A stretch of 64,000 bases of DNA from an uncultured delta proteobacterium (GTDB lineage: Bacteria > Myxococcota_A > Polyangia > Polyangiales > Polyangiaceae): NCBI GenBank assembly GCA_963782055.1, contig CAWAIF010000003.1, forward strand, positions 1,376,001-1,440,000. The letters run 5' to 3'. Below the pieces are notes generated by a model. That model did not search any database, was not told where the DNA came from, and was given only the letters and a program-made list of their open reading frames with translations. The position numbers were made by a program, and so were the translations under genes. This document shows, piece by piece, positions 9,394 to 19,912 of the stretch. Position 1 is the first letter of the stretch; each line of letters begins with the position of its first letter.

Positions 9394-10485
9394 ATGCAGG
9401 TTCGCTTCGTGCTCACGGCTTGCCTCCTCCTCGGCTGCGCGTACACCGGTCACGACTCGCTCGCGGCCAACGGAGAGGACGGCGCCCTGTTCTTCTCCGG
9501 CGCGACCGCGCCGGACGTGGGCGTGGTGCCCCTCGGGACGTCGCGCACGATCCAGGTGGACCGCCTGCCGGGCGGCGACGTCACCTGCTACGCGCCGGGC
9601 ATGGCCGGCGGTCACCCGGATCTCCTGTCCCCCACCACGTGCAACGCCCCGCCCGACTACCCCATCGTCCTCGACTCTGCGAGCTGCGACGCCGACGCGT
9701 GCGACGTCACCTCCACGATCGAACGAGGCCACCTCACGCTCCACGTGTCGGGCAAGTCGGCCGGCGCCACCAAGCTCCACGTGGTGGTCCACGGAACGAG
9801 CGACGGCGCGGTGCACTCCGACTCGGTCGCGATCGCCTTCGCCCCCGCTGGCCGCATCGAGCTCCAGGCGTCGCCCTACGATCTCGCGCCCCTGCGCGCG
9901 CCCGTCCTGCCGGGCGTGTCCTTCTCCCCCCCGGCTGCGACCGTGCTCGACGCGGCCGGCCACGCGATGAGCGTCGACCCCCACGCGCTGACGTATTCGG
10001 TCGACGGGGACGCCTTCACGGCGAAACAGGACGGCACGCTCGTCGCCGGCCAGCCCGGGCACACCACGCTAGAGTGGCAGATCCCCGGGGCGATCTCGCG
10101 CAAGGTCAATCTCGAGGTGGTCAGTCCGAGCGACGTCACCTCGCTCGAGGTGTCCCCTTCCCCGTGGCATGGCTACCAGTCAGCCGTCGATTTCGACGCG
10201 CCCGTCCCGAGCGGCGGCGCGCCGCTCTCCTCGATCGAAACCTCGTCAGCGACTGTCGGGCTCACCTTCGCGACGCGCGCGGTGCTGCTCGATGGCCGTC
10301 GCGCGCTGCCCTTCCTCGACGCGACCACCGTCACGCCGTCGTCGCTGGGGCTCGACGTCAGACCCGAGATGTTCGAGGCGTGGGACTTCACGATCTGGTC
10401 GGCGCCCGCCGCCGGGCAAGGCACGCTCGAAGTGCGCGCGGACGGGCTCGTCGCCGATCTGCCGCTCTCCGTGTCGGCCCCCTGA
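9394..10485 (+). CDS. Hypothetical lipoprotein with Ig-like beta domains
   Basis: LLGC lipobox; SASCDADACDV segment resembles that of 51818-52321. Confidence 0.7.
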   Translation: MQVRFVLTACLLLGCAYTGHDSLAANGEDGALFFSGATAPDVGVVPLGTSRTIQVDRLPGGDVTCYAPGMAGGHPDLLSPTTCNAPPDYPIVLDSASCDADACDVTSTIERGHLTLHVSGKSAGATKLHVVVHGTSDGAVHSDSVAIAFAPAGRIELQASPYDLAPLRAPVLPGVSFSPPAATVLDAAGHAMSVDPHALTYSVDGDAFTAKQDGTLVAGQPGHTTLEWQIPGAISRKVNLEVVSPSDVTSLEVSPSPWHGYQSAVDFDAPVPSGGAPLSSIETSSATVGLTFATRAVLLDGRRALPFLDATTVTPSSLGLDVRPEMFEAWDFTIWSAPAAGQGTLEVRADGLVADLPLSVSAP

Positions 10486-10543
10486 TCGCCCGGGCCTGGA
10501 GAGCCCGGGTCCACGCGGAGCTGGTGCCGGCGATCGTCTTCCC

Positions 10544-13500
10544 TCAGGGCGCGGTCCGGTCGGCCTGGCGGGGTGGGGAGTGCTTCACGAGCTGCGCGAG
10601 CTCGGCGACGAGGCGGTCGGCATCGACGGGCTTGGAGAGGTACGACTGGAAGCCCGCCTCGAACGCCCGTTGCCGATCTTCCGCGCCCGCGAGCGCGGTG
10701 AGGGCCAGCGCCGGCACGTGCCCGCCGCGCTCCGGCCCCAGCCCGCGGATCCGACCGAGGAGGGTGTAGCCGTCCTCGCCCGGCATGGCGATGTCGCAGA
10801 CGAGAAGCTGGGGATCGAACGCGGCGTGGACGGCCAGCGCCTCCTCGGCCGACGCCGCCGACCGGACCTGCGCTCCGCTCGCCTGCAACGCGTCGGTCAG
10901 CGCCTCGCGCGTCCCGGCGTCGTCCTCGACGACGAGGACGCGCACCCCTCCGATGCCGTCGGCGGGCGGCTCGCTCGCGGGGGCGGGCGCCACTCCCTTC
11001 GAGGACGCGCGCGCGTCGGCCTCCGCCATCAGCGGAAGCAGCACGGTGAAGGTCGTGCCCCGGCCTCTCCCCTCGCTCTCGACCTGGACGCTGCCGCGGT
11101 GGGCCTCCACGAGATAGCGCACGATCGCCAGGCCCAGACCGAGCCCGCCGTGTGCGCGCGTCTGCAGGCGATCCTCCTGCGTGAAGCGATCGAAGATGTG
11201 GGTCAGGAAGGCGCGCTCGATGCCGATGCCGGTGTCGCTCACGCGGATCCGCGCGCGTCGCTCGACGGAGTCCACGGTCACCACCACGCGGCCCCCCTCG
11301 GGCGTGAACTTGATGGCGTTGTTCAGCAGGTTCAAGACGACCTGCTCCAGCCGCTGAGGGTCGGCGGCGACCCGCGCGACCGGCGCGTCCAGCCGGAGCT
11401 CGACGGCGACGCGGGCGCTCTCGGCGGTGGCGCCGACCGCGTCCGCGGCCGCGCGGACGATGGACGCCACGTCGACGGGCTGCATCACGATCTTCAGCTT
11501 GCCCGTCACGATGCGGGAGACGTCGAGCAGGTCGTCGACGAGCTGCGCCTGCGCCTTCGTGGCGCGCTCGATGGCCACCGCCGCCTTCCGGAGCCTGGGT
11601 TCCTCCACGGGCCCGCGCTGCAGGAGCTGGGACTGCAGGAGCAACGTCGACAGCGGGGTCCGCAGCTCGTGAGAGAGCGTCGCGAGGAAGATGTCCTTCG
11701 CCCGGTTCGCCTGCTCCGCGCTGGCCTTGGCGGACTCGGCGTCCGCGAGCAGCTGCGCCCGCTCCGCCTCGGCGCGCCGGCGGTCGGTGACGTCCTCGAC
11801 GGCAAGCACGAGCATGCGCCGTCCGGCGGGCGTCGGGATCGCACGACCGGAGAGCCACAAGGAGCGAAGACCCACGCCGGGGATGTCCACCTCCGCGTCC
11901 ACGCGCTCGAAGCTCACGTCGCCGTCCGGCGCCCCGCCCAGCACCGCCCGGAGCGCGGGGACGTCCAGGGCTCCCCCCATCGATTCGTAGAGCCCGCGGC
12001 CCTCCGACGCCTTGCCGGAGCCGCCGTAGCGCTCGTCGAACGCCTCGTTGGCCGAGAGGATCCGGAGCGCCGGATCGAGCACCAGGACGGGCGTCGGAAG
12101 CGCCTCCACGACCGCCCTCGCGTAATCGCGAGCCCACTCGGCCGCGCCGAGCGCGCGCTTGAGGACGTCGACGTCGACCACCGACAGAACGGCGCCGTCC
12201 ACCCTCTTGTCCACGGTGGTGTACGGCCGGATCTGGAGCCTGTACCAGCGCCCGTCCCGCCCCTCGACCTCCTCCTCGTGCATCGTCACCGTCTCGATGA
12301 CCGCGGCGATCTTCGTGTCCAGGTCGTTCATCAGGAGGTTCGGCCTGATGTCGTCCATCACGCGTCCGACGTCGGTGGCGAGCACGTTGAGGATGGGGCG
12401 AGCGTTGGGCGTGAATCGGCGGATGCGCCGGTGCGAGTCCACGATGACCATGGGGATCTCGGAGGCGCCCAGGACGTTCACCAGGTCGCCGTTCACCGCG
12501 TCCAGCTCCAGGTTGCGGGTCTGCAGCTCCTCGTTGAGGGTGCTCAGCTCTTCGTTCGTCGACTGCAGCTCCTCCTTCGCCGTCTGCAGCTCCTCGTTCA
12601 GGCTCTGGAGCTCCTCGTTCGTGGACACGAGCTCCTCGTTGGCCGACATCAGCTCTTCGTTGGTGTGCTCGTGCTCCTCGATGATGGAGCGCAGATACTC
12701 CTTGTTCGTCCTGAGCTCCTCCTCAAGCCGCTCGACGCGGCGGGTCTCGGCCGCGGTGGGCCGCGGCTCCCGCGCGCCGGAGCCTCGCGGAGCCGGCTCC
12801 TCCGGCGGAGGGTGCGCCTCCTCGAACAGGACGACGAAGGCGCGGCCTTGCGACGCCGGGGCCTGGGCGACCGGGATCACGACGACGTTGCACAGCCGCG
12901 TCGACCCGTTCTGTCCCACGCGGACGTCCGGCCGGCGGACGACGGTGTTGTCCTTCACGGCCGTCTTGATGGCGATTCGCAGATCGGGCATCAGCCCGGG
13001 ACGCGCCATCATGAGGAGATCGTGCTGCGGCTGGCCGGGCGGCGCCTCCAGGTACGGCCCCGTACGCCCGCGGAAGTGCAGGATCTCCATCCGCTCGTTG
13101 ACGACGACGCCTGCCGGCGCGTAGCGGTCGAGCATGAGGCTCTCCGCGCGCCTCACCACCTCCGCGACGGGGGCCAAGCGCGCGCGCGTCTCGCCGCGCC
13201 GGGACGCCGTCGGCGCGACGTCTCGCGCCGGGGCGAGCCGCAAGGTGCTCTTGACCGCGGTCCGGGCGAAGATCTTGTGCTGCTTGTCCGAGGGCGCGAA
13301 CAGGTGCAACCCGTCCACGACGTTCTCCGCGTGACCCAGCAGGAGGAAGCCCGGCTCGTTCAGCGCGAAGTGGAAGGAGGCCAGGACGCGCTGCTGCAGC
13401 TCCTGCCCGAAGTAGATGAGGACGTTGCGGCAGCTCACCAGGTCGATCCTGGAGAAGGGCGGGTCGCGCGCCAGATCGTGCTTCACGAAGGCGCAGCGTT

Positions 13501-14740
13501 CGCGAACGGCCTTGTCGATACGGTACCCGCCACTCTCCACGTTGAAGAAGCGCGCGAGCCGCTCCGCCCCGACGTCGCGCACGGTGGCGTCGCGGTAGAA
13601 GCCGGCCCGCGCCTGCTCGACGGCCTTCTCGCTGATGTCGGTGCCGAAGAGCTGGACCGGGACGTCGTTGGCGCCCTGCTCCCGCAGGAACTCGAGCACC
13701 GACATCATGATCGAGTAGGCCTCCTCGCCGGTGGAGCAGCCGGCAGACCAGATGCGAATGGTGCCGCCGTCCCGCTTGCGCTTCAGGATCTCCGGCAGGG
13801 CGTGCTCCTTCAGCTTCTCGAGCGCCGCGCCGTCCCGGAAGAAGGACGTCACGTGGATGAGGATGTCGTCGAAGAGCGCCTGCGCCTCGGCGCGATCGTC
13901 CCGGACCACGCGCACGTAGTCGTCGAGGGTCGCGAGCCGGTGCACCGCCATCCGCCGCGCCACGCGCCGCCGCACGCTGGACAGCTTGTACTCCGCGAAG
14001 TCCACGCCCACCGCGCTCCGCAGCAAGAGCAGGACCTTCCGCAGCTCCGTGTCGTCGTCGGGGCTGGAGAGCACCGCGTCGTCCCGGGAGCGGATGAAGG
14101 GGTGCCGCCCAATCCGCATCAGCTCGTCGGCGAGCTCCGGGATGGGGAGGACGAAATCGACGGCGCCCGTCTTGACCGCGGCCTCCGGCATGCCGCTGAA
14201 CTTCGCCGACTCCGGCGCCTGGGCGAAGGTGACGCCGTCCTCCGCCTTGATGGCGCGCAGACCTTCGGCGCCGTCGGCCCCCGTCCCGGACAGGACGATG
14301 CCGATGGCCTGGCTTCCACGATCCTTGGCCAGGGCCTCGAAGAAGAAGTCGATCGGGAGATGAGGCCAGCGCGTCGGCGATGGGCGGGGCAGGAGCGCGA
14401 GCGCCCCGTGGAGAATGCCGAGGTCGGCGTCCGGCGGGATGACGTAGACGTGGTCGGGCGAGACGATCATCCCGTCCCGCGCTTCCTCCACCGGGAGCTT
14501 GGTCGATCGGGAGATCGCCTCGCTGAGGTAGCTCGCGTGGGTCGGGTCGAGGTGCTGCACCAGCACGAACGCCATGCCGCTGTTCAGCGGGACACGGCGG
14601 AGAAGGTCGATGAAGGCTTCCATGCCGCCGGCAGACGCGCCGACCGCCACGACGGGGCACGGCGTCGGGCGAGACGAAGGCGCCGGCGCGAGTGTGAGCG
14701 ACGACGACGGCGTCGGCGGGCTCTTGCTCTTCTTCTTCAT
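10544..14740 (-). CDS. CheB-CheR-PAS-histidine kinase-receiver hybrid protein
   Basis: GASAGG/VQH/GTGADG (CheB), WSAGCSTGEEAYS (CheR), NEEL coiled coil, SHELRTPL, NAIKFT, DTGIG, GLGLGL, C-terminal REC. Confidence 0.93.
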   Translation of the reverse strand: MKKKSKSPPTPSSSLTLAPAPSSRPTPCPVVAVGASAGGMEAFIDLLRRVPLNSGMAFVLVQHLDPTHASYLSEAISRSTKLPVEEARDGMIVSPDHVYVIPPDADLGILHGALALLPRPSPTRWPHLPIDFFFEALAKDRGSQAIGIVLSGTGADGAEGLRAIKAEDGVTFAQAPESAKFSGMPEAAVKTGAVDFVLPIPELADELMRIGRHPFIRSRDDAVLSSPDDDTELRKVLLLLRSAVGVDFAEYKLSSVRRRVARRMAVHRLATLDDYVRVVRDDRAEAQALFDDILIHVTSFFRDGAALEKLKEHALPEILKRKRDGGTIRIWSAGCSTGEEAYSIMMSVLEFLREQGANDVPVQLFGTDISEKAVEQARAGFYRDATVRDVGAERLARFFNVESGGYRIDKAVRERCAFVKHDLARDPPFSRIDLVSCRNVLIYFGQELQQRVLASFHFALNEPGFLLLGHAENVVDGLHLFAPSDKQHKIFARTAVKSTLRLAPARDVAPTASRRGETRARLAPVAEVVRRAESLMLDRYAPAGVVVNERMEILHFRGRTGPYLEAPPGQPQHDLLMMARPGLMPDLRIAIKTAVKDNTVVRRPDVRVGQNGSTRLCNVVVIPVAQAPASQGRAFVVLFEEAHPPPEEPAPRGSGAREPRPTAAETRRVERLEEELRTNKEYLRSIIEEHEHTNEELMSANEELVSTNEELQSLNEELQTAKEELQSTNEELSTLNEELQTRNLELDAVNGDLVNVLGASEIPMVIVDSHRRIRRFTPNARPILNVLATDVGRVMDDIRPNLLMNDLDTKIAAVIETVTMHEEEVEGRDGRWYRLQIRPYTTVDKRVDGAVLSVVDVDVLKRALGAAEWARDYARAVVEALPTPVLVLDPALRILSANEAFDERYGGSGKASEGRGLYESMGGALDVPALRAVLGGAPDGDVSFERVDAEVDIPGVGLRSLWLSGRAIPTPAGRRMLVLAVEDVTDRRRAEAERAQLLADAESAKASAEQANRAKDIFLATLSHELRTPLSTLLLQSQLLQRGPVEEPRLRKAAVAIERATKAQAQLVDDLLDVSRIVTGKLKIVMQPVDVASIVRAAADAVGATAESARVAVELRLDAPVARVAADPQRLEQVVLNLLNNAIKFTPEGGRVVVTVDSVERRARIRVSDTGIGIERAFLTHIFDRFTQEDRLQTRAHGGLGLGLAIVRYLVEAHRGSVQVESEGRGRGTTFTVLLPLMAEADARASSKGVAPAPASEPPADGIGGVRVLVVEDDAGTREALTDALQASGAQVRSAASAEEALAVHAAFDPQLLVCDIAMPGEDGYTLLGRIRGLGPERGGHVPALALTALAGAEDRQRAFEAGFQSYLSKPVDADRLVAELAQLVKHSPPRQADRTAP

Positions 14741-14774
14741 GTTCACGCTTCCCCGGCGGCCGGCGCCCGCGCGT

Positions 14775-15173
14775 TCATGTGGCTGTCGCGCGCGCGACCT
14801 CGCGGATGACGAGATCCATCTCGACCGGCTTGGCCAGCACGCGCTCGAATCCGGAGGCCTCCGCCCGTGAGAGGTCCTCCGGCTCCGACCAGCCGGACAG
14901 CGCGAGAAGTCGCGTGCCGGCGAGGGACGGGTCCTCGCGAACCGCGCGGGCGATCTGGTGCCCATCGAGACGCGGCAGCGAGATGTCGCAGAGGACGAGG
15001 TCCGGGTGCGTCGCCCGGATGAGCGCCAGCCCGGCCACGCCGTCGGTAGCCACCGACACATCGTAGCCTTCATGCTCGAGGATGTCCTTGAGCACGTCGG
15101 CCATGTCGGCCGCGTCCTCGACGATGACGACGTGTCGTCTTCGATGGCTTTCGTTTGTGGCTTCGCCGCGCAT
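14775..15173 (-). CDS. Single-domain response regulator
   Basis: VIVED, PDLVLCDISLPRLDG, ALSG, LAKP. Confidence 0.85.
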   Translation of the reverse strand: MRGEATNESHRRRHVVIVEDAADMADVLKDILEHEGYDVSVATDGVAGLALIRATHPDLVLCDISLPRLDGHQIARAVREDPSLAGTRLLALSGWSEPEDLSRAEASGFERVLAKPVEMDLVIREVARATAT

Positions 15174-15383
15174 GGTACCTCCTGGTGCGGCATTCCACCC
15201 GACTCGGTCACGATGACGCCCAGCACAAGATAAACACGACGACCACTGTTCGCCGGGAATTCATCGGTGGAAGCGCTCCCCCGCACCGTTTGCAGGGACA
15301 CCCATCCGGCTGCGTGGTCGCCCGACGGATGACCTTCTTGCGCGGCCACGACGCCACGCCGGCTCTCGTGATAGACCCGCGGC

Positions 15384-16220
15384 ATGAGGCCCGGACGAGG
15401 CAGTCGTACGGCGGTGATGGTGTGCCAGGCGCGCGCCTTCGCCCAGCGCACGCGCACCGTCGCCGGCTTCGACGACCCGACCGCCTTCGCGCTGCTGCCG
15501 GACGACGCGCGGCGAGAGCTCGAGCGGCACCTCGCCGGCGGCGCGCCCCGCCGCTTCTCGTACCAGAGCCTCGTGAAGCGCAGCGCGATGATGGTCGCGC
15601 GCACCGTCGCGATCGACGAGGTGGTCCGCGAGGCGGCGGCGCCGCAGGTCGTCATCCTCGGGGCGGGCCTCGACGGCCGGGCGTGGCGCATGCCCGAGCT
15701 GCGGGACGCCGTCGTCTTCGAGGTCGACCACCCCGACTCCCAGCGGGACAAGAGGGCGCGGCTCGGCGGGCTCGACGCGACGGCGCGCGAGGTCCGCTTC
15801 GTCGCGGTGGACTTCTCCCGCGACAATCTCGACGCCGCGCTCCAGGCCGCGGGCCACGACCGATCACGCCCCACCACCTGGATATGGGAGGGCGTCGTCA
15901 TGTACCTCGCCCTGCCGGACATCGAGCGCACCCTCGCGGTGGTGCAGCGCCGGTCGGCGGCGGGATCGCGGATCACGGTGCTCTATCACTGCCGCGGCTG
16001 GATCCTGCTCCTGGTGGCGCCGCTCGTCCGCCTCCTCGGAGAGCCGCTGCGATCCATCTTCGAGCCGGCGCAGATGCGCGAGCTGCTCGCGCGCTTCGGC
16101 GGCGAGGTCGTGCGGGACGAAGCCATCCCGGCGATCGCCAGGCGCATCTCGGCGGACCTGGAGAAGGACACGAAGGTCATGGGCCACCTGCGGCTCGTGA
16201 CCGCGACCATCGGCGGGTGA
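15384..16220 (+). CDS. SAM-dependent methyltransferase (leucine carboxyl methyltransferase-like family)
   Basis: QVVILGAGLDGRAWR, FEVDHP, WIWEGVVMYL. Confidence 0.9.
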   Translation: MRPGRGSRTAVMVCQARAFAQRTRTVAGFDDPTAFALLPDDARRELERHLAGGAPRRFSYQSLVKRSAMMVARTVAIDEVVREAAAPQVVILGAGLDGRAWRMPELRDAVVFEVDHPDSQRDKRARLGGLDATAREVRFVAVDFSRDNLDAALQAAGHDRSRPTTWIWEGVVMYLALPDIERTLAVVQRRSAAGSRITVLYHCRGWILLLVAPLVRLLGEPLRSIFEPAQMRELLARFGGEVVRDEAIPAIARRISADLEKDTKVMGHLRLVTATIGG

Positions 16221-16228
16221 CCGTGCCG

Positions 16229-16765
16229 TCAGCCGTCGAGGTCGTCGAGCTCGTGCTCGTCCACCGCCGACCACGGCCGGCCGTGCGCCAGGTCGACGAG
16301 GAGTCGCCTGACGGTGGGTCGCCCCGGCCGTGCGGCGATGCGTTCGATGTGACCGGCGGACGCCTCGAAGGCCTTCAAGACGGCCGGCGCGACCGCCGCG
16401 TTCTTCTCGTACGTCGTGCACTCCGCGATGGTGATCAACCCGCAGAGCAGGCGCGGCTCGGACCTGAAAGGCGGATCGGCCGCGAGCGCGCACAGAAAGG
16501 GGACGGCGTAGGCCGTCGCCTCGTAGAGATCGCCCTGGTGATGCAGCGTCCCCATGACGCCGTGGAACGCCTCGTCCTGCGAGTCCTCGTCCGGCTCCGC
16601 GAACGCCCGGAGGATCGCGGCGGCGTCGTCGAGGGGCACCAGGTACTTCGCGTACGTCCCCGGCTCCGCGCCGCTGTACGCGTTGCCGAGCGTGCGCCAC
16701 GGGACCTTCGCGAGATCTTCGAGGGCGCTCACGCCGGAGGCGGAGGGAACGACGAGCGGGACCAT
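16229..16765 (-). CDS. Hypothetical helical protein
   Basis: W..L.NAY...LHHQGDLYEATAYAVPFL; high-GC codon usage. Confidence 0.6.
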   Translation of the reverse strand: MVPLVVPSASGVSALEDLAKVPWRTLGNAYSGAEPGTYAKYLVPLDDAAAILRAFAEPDEDSQDEAFHGVMGTLHHQGDLYEATAYAVPFLCALAADPPFRSEPRLLCGLITIAECTTYEKNAAVAPAVLKAFEASAGHIERIAARPGRPTVRRLLVDLAHGRPWSAVDEHELDDLDG

Positions 16766-17165
16766 CGAGGGCGAGCGTAGCGCGATCGGAGGTCGCCGAG
16801 CTCGTCTCGGTCGCGAACGATCACATCGTGCCCGGCGTGCCCAGTGGCCATCGCGTCCGCCTGCCGCTGCCCCTGCCCGAGCGCGTGGTGCTGCCCGGGC
16901 TGGACTGACTCATTCGTCAGCGGCGCCAGCTCCATAGACGTGCGCGATCACGGCTCCGTCACCGGAGCGACAGGGGCGGACAACTACGTCGAGAATGATG
17001 TTGCCTTGCCGGAAGTCGTTTCCCCATCGGCGACCACCAGCCCGACATCGGAACCTCGCACCAGACCGATGATGCCCGCTCTCGAGACCGATCGCGGCAG
17101 GGTTTGTCACGCGTTCGAGCGGGGAGATCACCAGCCACGGACAACCACACCAATGGTGTAGGGAC

Positions 17166-17573
17166 ATGCACCTCCGATCGGTCCTCCTCGTCGCCGCGCT
17201 GCTCGTCGCCTGCAGCGACCAGGCCGCGCCGGATCAGGGAGACGCGGCGGCAGACGCGAGCGCGGGGGGCTGCTGCGCTCCCTCCCCGGGGCCCGACTGC
17301 TGCATGGACTACGGGGGATACAGCTCGGACGGGCGATGCGGCGAGACTTGCGACGGCATGCCGCTGCCGAGCGATCCGGGATGGAAGCTGGTCAAGGACG
17401 GGCACGGTTGCGATGTGTGGACCAACCCGAGGGGCACCATCGTCGGCGACGGGTGCGGTTCGCTTCCCCCGCCGCCAGATGCCGGTGGGGACGCCGGAGC
17501 GGACGCCGCCGCCGACGCCGGAGCGGACGCCGCCGCCGATGCCGCGGCCACGCTCGACGCATCCTCCGACTAG
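17166..17573 (+). CDS. Cys-rich lipoprotein with DAG/DAA tandem repeats
   Basis: LVAC lipobox; gacgccggagcggacgccgccgcc repeated in tandem near 17490-17540. Confidence 0.75.
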   Translation: MHLRSVLLVAALLVACSDQAAPDQGDAAADASAGGCCAPSPGPDCCMDYGGYSSDGRCGETCDGMPLPSDPGWKLVKDGHGCDVWTNPRGTIVGDGCGSLPPPPDAGGDAGADAAADAGADAAADAAATLDASSD

Positions 17574-17658
17574 AACGGCGTGGCGACACGCCTCTCCGGC
17601 GCCCGGCGGCGACCGACTTGCTCTCCGGCTACAAGCAGGACGGCGCCGACCGGGAGGT

Positions 17659-18186
17659 TCAGAGCCCGAACCCCACCTCCTCGAGCCACCTGACGAACCG
17701 CGCCCGGACCCCGGGCACGTCGTCGAAGTACCGCGCGAGCCACTCCCCGCGTCCCGCGAATCGCGAGCCCTCCGCCGCGTCGACATACTGAGCGAACATC
17801 CGCGCGTGGTCTCTCGCGATGCCGGATCGCTCCGCCATCAGCGCCTCGAGGAACCTGGTGAACGCCTCTCGATGCACGGCGCCGCGGTACGCTCGGCTGA
17901 AGAACTTGCGCCCGGTGCGCTGCGCGCGGTGCCCGAGCTTCTCGTGGACGCGCGCGCCGAGGGAGAGCGGCCGCCACTTGAGCACGCGCTTGCGTCGGAC
18001 GGCATCGACCGCGCCCTCGTCCTCGGCGGTGAGCGCCCGCTTGACGCGTCGGCGGAAGCTCCGCTGCGCGATCGCCTCGCGCTTCGGCCAGCTGGCGCGG
18101 AAGGCGTGCGGGTATTCCGCGTAGGTCGGGAAGTCCCGCTCGTAGGCGAGCTTCTTCTTCTCGGGAGGGCTCCGCCGGCGCCGCAT
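17659..18186 (-). CDS. Hypothetical basic protein
   Basis: 175-aa Arg-rich ORF (RRRSPPEKKKLAYERD) with plausible codon usage. Confidence 0.55.
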   Translation of the reverse strand: MRRRRSPPEKKKLAYERDFPTYAEYPHAFRASWPKREAIAQRSFRRRVKRALTAEDEGAVDAVRRKRVLKWRPLSLGARVHEKLGHRAQRTGRKFFSRAYRGAVHREAFTRFLEALMAERSGIARDHARMFAQYVDAAEGSRFAGRGEWLARYFDDVPGVRARFVRWLEEVGFGL

Positions 18187-18608
18187 GCGTGCACGGACGT
18201 TTGTGTCTCGGATTCCTGAAGCACGCCGCCGTGGCCGCAGCCGCGGCCGCGAGCTGGCGTCGAAGAAGACGCGCGACCCGATCGCGATCCTCCGGGAGCA
18301 CCCGGCGGGCTGTAGTCGTCGCGAACCCAGACGCGTGCCGCCGAAGCCGCGGAGATCCTCCCATGCCCATGCTCCAGCCCGACGTCGCCCCTGTCGATGG
18401 CATGCGCGAGCCAGCGCACGAGGCGGTAGCCCTTCTCGTGCAGCTCAACGGCGCGGGAGACCTCATCGCGGGAAAACGTGGCCCCTCGGACGGAGCCGCA
18501 CGCGCTTGGCTGACATCCGCGCCGGCGCTGTGGAGGTGACGTCGAGGTTTCGATCGGAGGGTGAAGACCGCGGGTGACAGGACTGCAGTGACGCGGCCAT
18601 GGATAGGC

Positions 18609-19121
18609 ATGGTCATCGCTACACGCCTCTCGGCCGCGGCGGCGCTGCTGGTCCCGATGCTCCTGGCGTGCGGGGGCGAGGCTGCGGGTGATGGAGACGG
18701 GGGCGACGACGCGACGGCCGACGCGCCGCTCGCCGACGGCGGGCGGGGCGATGGTGGCGATTCGGGTGCCGACGCCCCCGCCGACGCCGGGGACGAGAGC
18801 GCGACGGCGATCTCGCTGCACCTGAAGTGTGCGGAGGGCGATCAGTGTGAAGGCGGCGTCTGTTGCGCGACGCTCGCCTTCGGTGGCGACTGCGTGCTCG
18901 ACGAGATCTCGCCCGCCTGCACCCCATCGAGCGGGTGCCCCACCACGCTCCAGCCTTTCTGCGGCGGCGACGAGACCGTGCAGCTCTGCGACAGCAACGC
19001 GGACTGCACCGAGCCGGGCTACGACAGGTGCTGCACCTTCCAGATCACCGGCCACGCCAGCTCGCTGACGCTGTGCGCGAGCCAGCAGATGGTCCAATCC
19101 GCGGACGCGTCGTGCCCCTGA
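18609..19121 (+). CDS. Cys-rich lipoprotein
   Basis: LLAC lipobox; DAG linker; many paired Cys. Confidence 0.75.
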   Translation: MVIATRLSAAAALLVPMLLACGGEAAGDGDGGDDATADAPLADGGRGDGGDSGADAPADAGDESATAISLHLKCAEGDQCEGGVCCATLAFGGDCVLDEISPACTPSSGCPTTLQPFCGGDETVQLCDSNADCTEPGYDRCCTFQITGHASSLTLCASQQMVQSADASCP

Positions 19122-19298
19122 GCCACGCGCAGGCTTGCAGCGTACGGACGGCGCTCGGGGGCTGCTTCCATCAGGGAAGCCCCGCCACGTCCACCGGCAC
19201 GTGGCTCTCCTTGGTCGTCCCGAAGAGCAACGGGGTGGTCGCGCTCCCGGCGAACGGAGGTGCGCACGGGTGATGAAGCGACAACACACGGTGTGCGG

Positions 19299-19343
19299 AA
19301 ACGCGCGGTCCTCTGGACGGGGGGGCCGCGCGTTTTCGTTTTG
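19299..19343 (+). terminator. Probable intrinsic terminator
   Basis: aaacgcgcggtcc...ggccgcgcgttt stem followed by ttcgtttt. Confidence 0.55.
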
Positions 19344-19464
19344 TGGTTCCGATGGACTGAGATGGCGACAGAATCTCAGCCGGTTCCGTGGACACCCCGA
19401 GAGGCCCGAAGATGCGCCAATCGTTCGACCGGTCCACGAGACCGGGGGAGGATCAGTCGTCCTG

Positions 19465-19896
19465 ATGCGCAACAATCACCACCCATCCCCGTCGAAGCCG
19501 CCCCTCGGCGCCGCCCTCCCCCGCGCAGCCTGCTGCGTATTCCTGCTTGCCTGCAGCACGGCGCCCGCCTCCCCCGACGCCGACGCGAGCACCGACGCCG
19601 CCGCCTGCCCCGACGCCAGGCCCGGCTGCTACTGGCTCCACTGCGGCGATCCCTTCGTCCCGGGTCTCACCTGCGTGGACGGCGCCTGGGTGTGCGACCG
19701 GGGAGCCACCGATCCGTCGCAGGGCTGCCCCTGTCCCGTCGTGGGACCCGACCCGCCGCCATATTGCTACAACTGCGACGGAGGCCGGGTAGGGGAGTGG
19801 TCCTGCAACAGCGCGACGCGCGCGTGGGAGTGCGCGGACGGCGGCTACACCACCCGCGACGCGCCCGCCTGCACCGCCGACGCCGGCGCCGACTGA
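19465..19896 (+). CDS. Cys-rich lipoprotein
   Basis: LLAC lipobox; two CxDGxWxC-like units; DAGAD end. Confidence 0.7.
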   Translation: MRNNHHPSPSKPPLGAALPRAACCVFLLACSTAPASPDADASTDAAACPDARPGCYWLHCGDPFVPGLTCVDGAWVCDRGATDPSQGCPCPVVGPDPPPYCYNCDGGRVGEWSCNSATRAWECADGGYTTRDAPACTADAGAD

Positions 19897-19912
19897 CGCG
19901 CGCGGGTCCGGC

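Noticed and set aside
12500..12730. Repetitive DNA (ctcctcgtt/gagctc units)
   Set aside because: It encodes the NEEL coiled coil of the CheB/CheR hybrid and is not an independent repeat element.
10169..14809. Very long opposite-strand or alternative-frame ORFs (also 31022-35419, 42104-46783, 30096-33002)
   Set aside because: These are shadow ORFs of real genes, expected in very high-GC DNA; the translations are Arg/Gly/Ala-rich with no motifs.
14741..15976. N-terminal extension of the 1810-aa ORF call
   Set aside because: It overlaps the response regulator and methyltransferase genes; CheB homology starts only after the ATG at 14740.
16800..17120. Minus-strand GLVVADGETTSGKAT resembling a Walker A motif of a decayed ATPase
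   Set aside because: The motif is imperfect, stops follow immediately, and no other ATPase motifs are convincing.
17490..17545. 24-bp tandem repeat
   Set aside because: It is an in-frame coding repeat (DAGADAAA) within a lipoprotein linker.
18200..18540. Protein-like minus-strand fragment (FSRDEVSRAVELHEKGYRLVRWLAHAID)
   Set aside because: Probably gene debris, but no family, start or end could be assigned.
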